Source of the DNA: Thermodesulfobacteriota bacterium
GTDB lineage: Bacteria; Desulfobacterota; Binatia; Bin18
Direction: 5' to 3'
DNA: 64,000 nucleotides
Assembly (NCBI GenBank): GCA_964291405.2
Contig: OZ219926.1
Coordinates: 2,784,001-2,848,000, forward strand
Shown here: piece after piece, positions 55,380-64,000 of the stretch
How positions within the stretch are numbered: the first letter of the stretch is position 1
How the letters are laid out: each line of letters opens with the position of its first letter
Notes under the pieces: model-generated
Database searches by the model: none
Told to the model about the DNA's origin: nothing
Seen by the model: only the letters and a program-made list of their open reading frames with translations
Position numbers and translations under genes: made by a program

Positions 55380-58300
55380 GTCCTGACAACGGCCCTCACA
55401 CGGAACCATCCGGCCCGATCGCCTACATGGCTGGCAACAGTGTCGCTGCCAATCTGTTGATGTGGGCCATCATCGCCGCCGGGCTGGTGTCACTGACCGG
55501 TCTGGAGCGCGAAGCGTGGCCCACGGTCCCATTCTACCATGTCGAAGTTTCAATGCCCTATCCCGGCGCCACCCCGGAAGAGGTGGAGGAGTCGATCATC
55601 GCCAAGATCGAGGACCAGGTCAGCGGGTTGGATGATGTCAAGGCGGTCAAGTCCGTCGCGGCCCCAGGTATGGCATCCGTGCGTATTCAAATGGATTCCC
55701 GTACGGACATGGATCGAGCGTTGGACGATATCGAGTCTGCCGTCAATCGTATAGAGTCTTTCCCGGCTGGTGCCGACCGTCCCCAATTCAGGGAGATGAC
55801 CAACCGCCAGAGCATGATGCGGCTCATCGTGTATGGCGATGTGCCCGAGCGCTCGCTCAAGGAATTGGCGTACCAGATCGAGGACGAACTCACGACACTT
55901 CCCTCCGTGTCCCAGGTCGAGGTCAGTGGTGTTCGGAAATACGAGATCTCTATCGAGGTACCGCTGCATCGGCTGAGAGCCCTTGGACTGACACTCCCCG
56001 GCATCGCCACCACGATTCATCGCAGTTCCCTGGACCTTTCTGCCGGCAGTATCGATACCAGGGAATCCCAGGTGCGGGTCCGGACCCTCGGCCAGAACTA
56101 TGACCAACAGGATTTCGAAGAGATCGTCCTTCTCAGCGGCAGTGACGGCACGGTATTGCGCCTCGGCGACATCGCCGAGGTCCGCGACGGTTTTCAGGAA
56201 ACCGACCTGATTGTCCGGCACCAGAACCATCCCGCCGTATTCGTCGAAGTCTACCGGGCCGATGATGAGCACGTGATGGATGTCGCCACGACCGTCCGAG
56301 AGCACCTGACGAACGAGGTGGTCCCGGCTCTGCCGGACGGTGTGGGCATCACCATCTGGAATGACGAATCCCAGGCCTATGAGGAACGCGCCGCTCTTCT
56401 CCTCAAGAACGGAGTTCTGGGCCTGTTGCTGGTGTTGATCGCCCTGAGCTTGTTTCTCGAAATTCGGCTCGCCCTGTGGGTCGCCGCCGGCATCGCCATT
56501 TCGGGTATCGGCACCCTGGCCGCCATGCTGGTACTCGACTATGCAATCAACACCATCAGCCTGTTTTCGTTTGTCCTCGCCATCGGTATTGTCGTCGACG
56601 ACGCGATCGTCGTAGCCGAGCACATTCAAGTACGAACGCAAGCGGGGAACACCCGGAGTCGCGGCGGCGATCCGCGGCGTCACGTCGGATCAAAGTGCCG
56701 TTGACATTCGCGGTGCTCACTTCGGTGGTGGCGTTCGTCCCACTACTATTTATCCCTGGTGGCGTCGGTAAGGTATGGGAGGCACTGCCGGTCATCATGA
56801 TCGCCATGCTGCTGGTTTCTCTGGTCGAATCGCTGTTCGTGTTGCCCAACCACCTATCCCACCTTCCCGGCCCGGACTGGGTGCCGACCAGCGCCTTCGA
56901 TCGGTTCTTCGCACGGATTCAGAGTTGTGTAAACGAATTGCTGAACAAGTTCGTACAAGGCCCCTTGGGTCGGGCGCTACAGTTTGCGACGGACCAGCCT
57001 GCGGTGACGATGGCGGGGGCAGTGGGAATGCTCATATTAAGTATCTCTCTGTTACCGGCGGGTATCGTCCCTACCACATTGGCCGCTGACGTCGAGGGGG
57101 ATTTCGCAACGGTCACTCTGGACATGCCCGATGGGACGACCGCGCCGAGGACATACGAGGTGGCGAAGGAACTGGAGGCCGCGGGCCACCGGGTCATCGA
57201 ACGACTGTCGCGCGGCCGACCCGAGGATGCACCTCCGTTGCTGACCGGCGTCACGGTGACCGTCGGACAGGGGCCGAGACTTGAGGGTGGGGGACTGAAT
57301 CCCGAGCCCACCCTCAATCCGCGGGCCAATATCGCCACCATCGAATTCAAACTCCTGGGCGCACAGCAGAGACAGCTCTCCACCAGAGAGGTCGTGCAGG
57401 CATGGCGCGAGGAGGTGGGAGTGCTGCCCTACGTGCGCGGTATCACCTTCAGCGGCGAGCTCATCGACCTGGGCAATCCGGTCGAGGCCGTGCTGTCGCA
57501 TCCTGACCCGGAGCGCCTCGCCCAGATCGCAGACTCCGTGGTCGATGGTCTCCGTGGAGTGAGAGGCATCTACGACATCCGTTCGGATCACACCCCAGGC
57601 ATCCCGGAAATACAGCTCGAACTGCGGCCGGAAGCGCGGACCCTGGGTCTCACGCTTGAAGAGTTGGCCGGGCAGACGCGCGCCGCATTTTTTGGAGCAG
57701 AGGCCGTCCGGGTGCAACGCGGCCGGGAAGAGGTCCGGGTCTACGTGCGTCTGCCCGCCGATGAGCGGAATGCCATCACCGATGTCGAAGGATATCTGCT
57801 CCGTACGCCGAGCGGGGCCGAGGTCCCGGTTACCAGTGTGGCCGTGCTGAACCCAGGCGTATCGCCGCCGGCCGTTCGACGGAGGGATGGTCAGCGCGTC
57901 GTCACGGTCACGGCGGACGTGGACCCCACGGTGATTTCCGGCGACGAAGCCAACAGCATTCTGACCAATTCGATCCTCGCGGACTTGACCGCCGTGTACC
58001 CGGACCTGACATACACGTTTGGAGGTGAACAACAAGAGCAACTCGAGTCCGTAGGTGCGCTGTATCGCGGGTTTGCGATTGCCTTACTCATGATTTTCGT
58101 GCTGCTCGCCATCCCCCTACGCTCCTATACCAAACCGTTCATCATCATGGCCGTTCTCCCGTTCGGGTTCATCGGCGTGATCCTGGGTCACTGGGTCCTG
58201 GGAGTAGCCCTGAGCGCAGTATCCTTTATGGGTATCTTCGGCCTCAGCGGCGTGGCTGTGAACGATTCCCTCGTCATGATCGATTTCATCGATCAGAAAC

Positions 58301-58614
58301 TCAGAGAAGGGGTCCCGATGCGCACGGCAATCATAGAGGGTGCTAAAGGGCGCTTTCGTCCGATCATGCTCACTTCCGTGACGACTTTCCTGGGCTTCAC
58401 CCCTCTCATTCTGGAACGCTCCATTCAGGCCCAGTTCCTGATCCCCTTTGCCGCGTCGCTCGGTTTCGGCATTCTCTTCACCACGGCCATCCTTATGATG
58501 GTCGTTCCGGCGTTATACGCGATCCAATTCCGGCTGATTTCTTCGCGTGGTAATTCTGGTGTCCCCGACACCTCGGTACACGCCCGATCCGCGAGCGAGA
58601 GCCTGCACGCGTAA
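55376..58614 (+). CDS. RND efflux permease, with two +1 indels (about 56630 and 56682)
   Basis: GIVVDDAIVVAE, VNDSLVM and RFRPIMLTS motifs. An intermediate frame reads YERKRGTPGVAAAIRGV and links the two ORFs. Confidence 0.88.
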
Positions 58615-58759
58615 GCAAGCGTACGAACTCTGGACTGTAGACGATGTTCCTACTGAAGGACATTTTTCTACAGTTTTGCTATACAAGCGATCAGGCGCTG
58701 TGTATCTTCCATCAGAGACTCCTTAAAAAGTGCGCACAATGGAGGTGACACCCTTGGAA

Positions 58760-60754
58760 ATGAGGACTCTGAGCTTCGCTGAAGACTTTTGTTTGCTGAT
58801 GTTTGACGACGCCTCCGGAGGCCTCTGCCCGCTCCGGGGGCGAACGATGGACTTCGGTTTGGCGGCCGCCGTCCTGTTGGAGTTGGCTCAGCACAATCGT
58901 ATCGAGACCAAGCCCAACAGTCTCTCTGTGGTCGATGCATCGCCGATTGGCGATCCCGTGGCGGACCCGGTGCTGGCCCAGGTCGCGTCGAGCGGACGGT
59001 CCGGCTCTCCGGAATACTGGGTACAGCGCATAGGGCTTCAGTCGGGCTCGCAGATAGCCGAGGCCAGCTTGGATCGGCTCGTAGAGCGCGGAATCCTGGA
59101 GCGGATCACGGGTGGCCTCTTCTTCCTCACCTCTGAGGTGGCACGTTCGCGACGCTACCCCAGGGCAACAGGCCGCGGCGCGGACGAAGTCCGCGTCCGG
59201 GTGATGCGGACACTCTTCAGCGGCGAGGCTCCGGACCCTTGGGATGCTGATCTGATAGGGCTCGCCGAGGCCTGCGGTGTCTTCAGGCTTATCCTGAGCG
59301 CGGCCGAGTTCGACAACGTGAGAGGTCGAGTCGAGAAGATGCGGCCGCCTAACCCGCTCTGCCACGCCGCTCAGCAGGTAGCCGCTGACGATTTGGCCAC
59401 GCAAGAGCCTTCGCGCCGAGAATTCAAGCCGATACCGGAGGTGCCGGGACTGCCGATCCTCGGCAATGCCCTGGGCATGAGCGGCGACCTGCAGGCATAC
59501 CTCGACGGGCTGTACAAACAGTACGGGCCGATTTTCAGTCTTCGAGCGCCTGGCCTCCGGGTAGTAGTCATGGGAGGCAAGGAGGCGATAGCGTTCGCGA
59601 TGAGGTATTCGCAGACGCACCTGCGTAGCAACCGGTCGTTCGCCGTCTTCTGCGAGGCGATGGAGACCGACCGGTCGATCATCTCCATGGACGGTCACGA
59701 TCATATCAAACTCCGGCGCCTCGCCCACGCCGGCTACGCCAGGATGACGGTCACGGACAACTTGGCGACGATCATCGACGTCGCCCGTCGCGTCGTTGCG
59801 TCCTGGCCCGTCGCCCAACCCCTTTCGGTCTATCCGGCAATGCAGGAGATTGCGATTCCGCAACTCGGAACTGTTGCAACCGGGCTCGCGCCGACTGAAT
59901 TCGTCGACGATCTCAGGTACTGGTTCGACTCGCTCGTCATCGCCATGCGTCAGGATCGGCCGAAGTTCATGCGTGACTACCGGTTGCGAAAGGTGCGTCC
60001 CAGAATCAAGGAACTCTTTCGCCAAGCCGTGGAACTACACGATCCGCAGCGTCGCGAGGGGTGTCCCCGCGATCTGATCGATGAGTTCCTGGAGTTGCAC
60101 AGGCGCGATCCGCAGTTCCTCCCGGAGACCGATCTCATCTCCTCGGTGGTCGCCCCATACATCCAGGCCCTGGACCCCATCGCCGGCACCCTGGGGTTCG
60201 CTTTGCTTCGCTTGCTGGCAGAACCACGGTACGCCGAAATACTCCAAAACGAGGCGGATGAAGCGTTTGCCTCGGGGCTGGCCGATGCCGACGACATTCA
60301 CGGACTGGATATGACATACGCGTTCCTTGCCGAGGTCATGCGCTGCCGCACCATCACGCCGATCATCCTGCGCACGGCGTGTAACTCCTTCGAGTTCGAG
60401 GGTCACTGGGTACCCGCCGGTACGCCGCTGTGGCTGGCTCCGGGGGTGGTCCACAACGACCCGGACTACTACCCGAACCCCGACCGATTCGAACCCGAGC
60501 GGCACTTGCCGCCACGGCTCGAATCCCAGCAGAAGGGCGCTTTCGTTCCCTTTGGAATCGGTCCGCATTCCTGCCTCGGAGATTCATTTTCCAGAGATCA
60601 GATGGCGGTGACGCTGGCCACGCTTCTGCACTGTGCCGAATTCGGCCGCTATCCGGTTGGAGACAGTCGCGTGAGAATCACCTCATACCCGTCGCTCCGT
60701 CCGCACGGCAAGTGCCGCATTCAGATAAAGCGTCACCGGCTCGCCGCTCAGTAA
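58760..60754 (+). CDS. GPP34 (GOLPH3/Vps74-like) domain-cytochrome P450 fusion 1
   Basis: N-terminus LSFAEDFCLL..AAAVLLELA..GDPVADPVL..LDRLVERGIL (GPP34-like). C-terminus PGLPILGN, EVMR (ExxR), FEPER and FGIGPHSCLG (heme Cys). Confidence 0.85.
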   Translation: MRTLSFAEDFCLLMFDDASGGLCPLRGRTMDFGLAAAVLLELAQHNRIETKPNSLSVVDASPIGDPVADPVLAQVASSGRSGSPEYWVQRIGLQSGSQIAEASLDRLVERGILERITGGLFFLTSEVARSRRYPRATGRGADEVRVRVMRTLFSGEAPDPWDADLIGLAEACGVFRLILSAAEFDNVRGRVEKMRPPNPLCHAAQQVAADDLATQEPSRREFKPIPEVPGLPILGNALGMSGDLQAYLDGLYKQYGPIFSLRAPGLRVVVMGGKEAIAFAMRYSQTHLRSNRSFAVFCEAMETDRSIISMDGHDHIKLRRLAHAGYARMTVTDNLATIIDVARRVVASWPVAQPLSVYPAMQEIAIPQLGTVATGLAPTEFVDDLRYWFDSLVIAMRQDRPKFMRDYRLRKVRPRIKELFRQAVELHDPQRREGCPRDLIDEFLELHRRDPQFLPETDLISSVVAPYIQALDPIAGTLGFALLRLLAEPRYAEILQNEADEAFASGLADADDIHGLDMTYAFLAEVMRCRTITPIILRTACNSFEFEGHWVPAGTPLWLAPGVVHNDPDYYPNPDRFEPERHLPPRLESQQKGAFVPFGIGPHSCLGDSFSRDQMAVTLATLLHCAEFGRYPVGDSRVRITSYPSLRPHGKCRIQIKRHRLAAQ

Positions 60755-60957
60755 AGTCCCCATCGACGCGAGTTTCTCTTGCCCGGGAACGAGTGTCAAC
60801 GGTGGCAGGATTAGGAGTTGAACTACTCCGGCTTTCGGCCGAGCACAGAGTACATTGGCGTGAATATCCCCAACCGGTCGGATTCTGCAGACACTACCAA
60901 GATAAGACTTGTCCCTCCCTAAACCGGAGAGCTATAATACAGCAAGGGCGAAGACCT

Positions 60958-62982
60958 ATGACTGTTACTCAAGAGGGTGCGACAACCCAACCCCTAACTT
61001 TGACCCAAGAACTCATCCTGATGCTCCTCAACGAGGAGACCGGCTACTTCCACCAAGTGCCCGGCTGGGATCTGAACTGCGCCGTGATCGGTGCCGTGCT
61101 CGCGGAGCTTTCCCTCAGACGTCGCATTGACACGGATGAGGAATCCCTGTTCCTTGTGGACGGGACGGAAACGGGCAACCCCGTTCTGGACCCCATCCTG
61201 AAGGAAATTGCAGCTGAACCGGTTCAACGGAACACCCAGTACTGGATCGAACGGCTCGCTCCCCGTGCGGAGTCGATCATTGATGCGGTTCTGGATCGCT
61301 TGGTTGAGCTAAAGGTCCTGGAACACCACGAAGGCGGGTTCTATACGCTGGCTCGCGCTGCCTGGCAGACGGAAGTGTTCGACAGCTCCTCAGAAGGCAC
61401 GGCGATTCAATTCGTCAAGACGCGCATCAGCAATGCAATTTTCAACAATGATATCCCTGACCCGAGAGATATCATCATTATCTGTCTCATCAACACGTGC
61501 GACGTCTTTCGCTTCATGTTTCAACTTGATGACGAGGCAGAGGAGCGCATCGAGTTCATCTGCAAGATGGATTTGATCGGCCGGTCCATCGCTGCTGCGG
61601 TCTCCCACAACCTTGCCGGCCCGCTGCTTCGACATTCCGCCCTGACTAAGAAGATTCCGGCTGTCTCCCTGAGCAAGTTGCTGTTCAATCCCCATATTCG
61701 CAGCGGCAATATTCCCGCGCTCTTTGCGGATCTTACGCAAGAGTACGGCCCGGTATTTGAAATCCGTCCTCCGTTTGCCGAGCCCATGATTTTCCTGGCC
61801 GGGCCACGGACAAACCGCTGGGTACATCGGCACGGGCGGATGTACCTGAGGGCCAAGGACTATTTTGCCGACTTCGAGAAAGTCTACGGTGCGTCTGGCG
61901 TACTCCCTTCCCTGGATGGCGCCGATCATTTCCGGCTTCGCAAGGCGATGGGGCCGGCCTATTCACGCGGGAGACTGGGAGGTCAGTTGGACCAGGTCTA
62001 CCATTATGCTCGTAAATATATGGCGGATTGGACGGTTGGAGACTCCCTCTCTGCAACGCGCCTGTGCCGACGCATGATTAACGCGCAAATCTCACCTCTC
62101 CACCTCAGCGTTGACTCGCAAGATATCATCGACGATCTAGTCGTCTACAAGGAACGAGCGCTCAACACCCACATCCTAAAAGCCCTGCCCAAATTCATGC
62201 TGAAAACCCCAGGGATGAGCCGCCGGGCAAAAATTATCGACACCTTGCTGGAACGGGTCCAGGGGGTCCACACGCCGGCCCAGCGGTCCGGATGTCCGCG
62301 GGACCTTGCGGATGACTGGTTAAGCCTGCACGCGAGCGATCCGCAATTGATGCCGGAGTCGAATCTGCGTTTCGCTCTTTCAGTCGCGCTGGTTGCCAGC
62401 GTCTACCTTGGCGATGCGTTCAGCTTCGCTTTGTACGCCATGGCGTCACAACCGGCGCTCTACTCCAAAATCCAAAGTGAGGCCGATGCCCTGTTCGATA
62501 ACGGTGATCCGGAGGGCGAGGACTTCACCCCAGCCGCAATCGACGTCACGCACCGCTTCCTCATAGAGTGCCTACGCATGTATCCGATTGTCCCGATGTC
62601 TGTACGAACCGTGATGAATTCGTGCGTGGTCGAGGGCTACGAACTACCGGTGGGGTCACAGCTCTACATTGCCCAGACAGCCGCGCATTATATGGACGAC
62701 GTCTTCCCTGACCCCTTCTCTTTCGATATCGACCGCTATCTGCCTCCGCGTAATGAGCACCTCAGTTCCGGGTACGCACCCTACGGGCTGGGTACGCACA
62801 CCTGTCTGGGCTCCCGATGGATGGACCTGCAACTGGCCGTCAATGTGCTTATGGTTGCGCACTACTTTACGCTCAAGGTCCCCACGAACTACAAGTTCCG
62901 GTTCAGCCCGTTGCCGTCAATGAAACCGAGCAAGAAGCTGAAATTCCACATCACCGAACAGAGGCGCGACTTGCCCGTCTGA
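60958..62982 (+). CDS. GPP34 (GOLPH3/Vps74-like) domain-cytochrome P450 fusion 2
   Basis: LTLTQELILMLLNEETG..GAVLAELSL..TGNPVLDPIL..LDRLVELKVL, then ECLR, FDIDR and YGLGTHTCLG. Start re-called at ATG 60958. Confidence 0.85.
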   Translation: MTVTQEGATTQPLTLTQELILMLLNEETGYFHQVPGWDLNCAVIGAVLAELSLRRRIDTDEESLFLVDGTETGNPVLDPILKEIAAEPVQRNTQYWIERLAPRAESIIDAVLDRLVELKVLEHHEGGFYTLARAAWQTEVFDSSSEGTAIQFVKTRISNAIFNNDIPDPRDIIIICLINTCDVFRFMFQLDDEAEERIEFICKMDLIGRSIAAAVSHNLAGPLLRHSALTKKIPAVSLSKLLFNPHIRSGNIPALFADLTQEYGPVFEIRPPFAEPMIFLAGPRTNRWVHRHGRMYLRAKDYFADFEKVYGASGVLPSLDGADHFRLRKAMGPAYSRGRLGGQLDQVYHYARKYMADWTVGDSLSATRLCRRMINAQISPLHLSVDSQDIIDDLVVYKERALNTHILKALPKFMLKTPGMSRRAKIIDTLLERVQGVHTPAQRSGCPRDLADDWLSLHASDPQLMPESNLRFALSVALVASVYLGDAFSFALYAMASQPALYSKIQSEADALFDNGDPEGEDFTPAAIDVTHRFLIECLRMYPIVPMSVRTVMNSCVVEGYELPVGSQLYIAQTAAHYMDDVFPDPFSFDIDRYLPPRNEHLSSGYAPYGLGTHTCLGSRWMDLQLAVNVLMVAHYFTLKVPTNYKFRFSPLPSMKPSKKLKFHITEQRRDLPV

Positions 62983-63004
62983 CAAATCGAACCAGGACGT
63001 TGGG

Positions 63005-64000
63005 ATGACCCTACCCGTTGTCCGATTCGCGGCGATTGAGGGTCTCGTGCTCGAGGCGGCGGCCATGCTGTTGGTGTTTGTCGGCGTTTTGTTTCTGGGT
63101 TCTATACTCCTGCCCGGCCGTCGGGTTGCAGGGCCGGATCTCGAGGGAAAATCACGCACCTACAAGCTCAACGGCCTCGCCTTGTTCCTGATTGTCGTGA
63201 TGGTGGCATGCCTCGCCCAAGTCTCCGGCTGGTTCTCACTTTCCGTGCTGCATACCCACTTTGCCGCTTTGTTCGTGGTGGCAAACGGATTCGCATTTGC
63301 TCTTTCCGGCTGGCTGTATTGCCGTGGAGCCTGGGCCGGAGAGGCATCACCAGGAGTCTGGCGAGGATTTTTCTTTGGCTCGGAGCTCAGTCCGACCTGG
63401 CTCGGGGTGGACTTGAAGCTTTTCAGCTACCGCCCTTCCCTCATCGCCCTGGCACTGTTCAACGCATCGTTTGCCGTCGTGCAGTACGAAACCTACGGCG
63501 GGCTGACCCTGGCCATGGCGCTCTATCAGATCTTCACCTTCTTGTACGTGCTCAACTACTTCCAGTTCGAATACGGGATGACCCACACCTGGGACATGGT
63601 CAGTGAGCGCTTCGGGTGGATGTTGATTTGGGGCGACTATGTGCTGGTGCCGTTCTTCTATAGCCTCGCGGGCTGGTGGCTGGTTCACGCAACGGAACCG
63701 CTGTCTCCCATGGCCGCCGGCGCGCTCGTCTTGTTGTTCGCCTTTGGCTTCTGGCTCTTTCGCGGCGCCAACGAGCAAAAGCACCGCTTCAAGCATGACC
63801 CTGCGGTCACGATTTGGGGACAACCCGCCCGGTCCCTGGACGGGCGCCTGCTGGTCTCCGGATTTTGGGGTATTGGACGACATCTCAACTATACCGGCGA
63901 GGTCTGCGTCTACCTCGCGTTCACCCTGACCACTGGACTCGCCTCCTGGGTGCCATACCTGTTACCCGCGTGGCTGGCGGGTCTGTTGTGGCATCGATCG
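63005..64000 (+). CDS. ERG24/ERG4/DHCR7-family sterol reductase (Delta14-reductase-like), runs off the window end
   Basis: Open frame from ATG 63005, absent from the ORF track: YKLNGL, FFGSELSP, DLKLF, TWDMVSERFGWMLIWGD, RGANEQKHRFK, LLVSGFWGIGRHLNYTGE and HR motifs. Confidence 0.9.
   Translation, partial: MTLPVVRFAAIEGLVLEAAAMLLVFVGVLFLGSILLPGRRVAGPDLEGKSRTYKLNGLALFLIVVMVACLAQVSGWFSLSVLHTHFAALFVVANGFAFALSGWLYCRGAWAGEASPGVWRGFFFGSELSPTWLGVDLKLFSYRPSLIALALFNASFAVVQYETYGGLTLAMALYQIFTFLYVLNYFQFEYGMTHTWDMVSERFGWMLIWGDYVLVPFFYSLAGWWLVHATEPLSPMAAGALVLLFAFGFWLFRGANEQKHRFKHDPAVTIWGQPARSLDGRLLVSGFWGIGRHLNYTGEVCVYLAFTLTTGLASWVPYLLPAWLAGLLWHRS

Noticed and set aside
55550-58041. 377-aa and 329-aa minus-strand ORFs
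   Set aside because: Antisense shadows of the RND gene.
58712-60025. 437-aa minus-strand ORF
   Set aside because: Antisense shadow of GPP34-P450 fusion 1; no recognisable domain.
60430-60957. 176-aa N-terminal extension of P450 fusion 2 (850-aa ORF)
   Set aside because: It overlaps the end of P450-1 and has no domain features. Alignment with the paralogue supports the start at 60958.
58760-62982. Assigning the P450s as CYP51 because they neighbour a Delta14-reductase-like gene
   Set aside because: The CYP51 I-helix signature is absent in both proteins.

Overview
GC-rich bacterial chromosome segment with about 55 genes. I found no rRNA, tRNA, CRISPR array or intact transposase. The gene content is catabolic and oxygenase-rich: 5 luciferase-like (LLM) oxidoreductases, acyl-CoA dehydrogenases, crotonases and two ring-cleavage dioxygenases. 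That content is compatible with an uncultured Binatia-like or sponge-symbiont-like organism (inference only). Three loci stand out. (1) A divergent, complete copper membrane monooxygenase operon, xmoC-xmoA-xmoB (9972-12972, minus strand). It keeps the CuB, CuC and CuD ligands, has the Ala signature of hydrocarbon monooxygenases and carries an unusual CxxC insert in subunit C. (2) A rearranged aniline-dioxygenase-like cluster (GS-like ligase, Rieske alpha/beta, glutamine amidotransferase) joined to an SsuA-like binding protein, an SsuD-like monooxygenase and an intradiol dioxygenase (35887-43127). (3) At the right end, a co-oriented OMF-MFP-RND exporter, two tandem GPP34(GOLPH3-like)-cytochrome P450 fusions with non-canonical I-helices, and an ERG24/ERG4-family sterol reductase missing from the ORF track. 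This third locus is a candidate undescribed sterol/lipid-modifying system. Smaller observations: a decayed defence islet (vapBC scar, PD-(D/E)XK nuclease, TIR plus a TIR remnant), a GSIII gene carrying a copy of the neighbouring SDR's RBS and first codons, a family of 17-bp inverted-repeat elements with compensatory changes, a leaderless TetR promoter/operator, and several single-base frameshifts that look like read errors. All family assignments come from motif recognition by eye; no database search was run.
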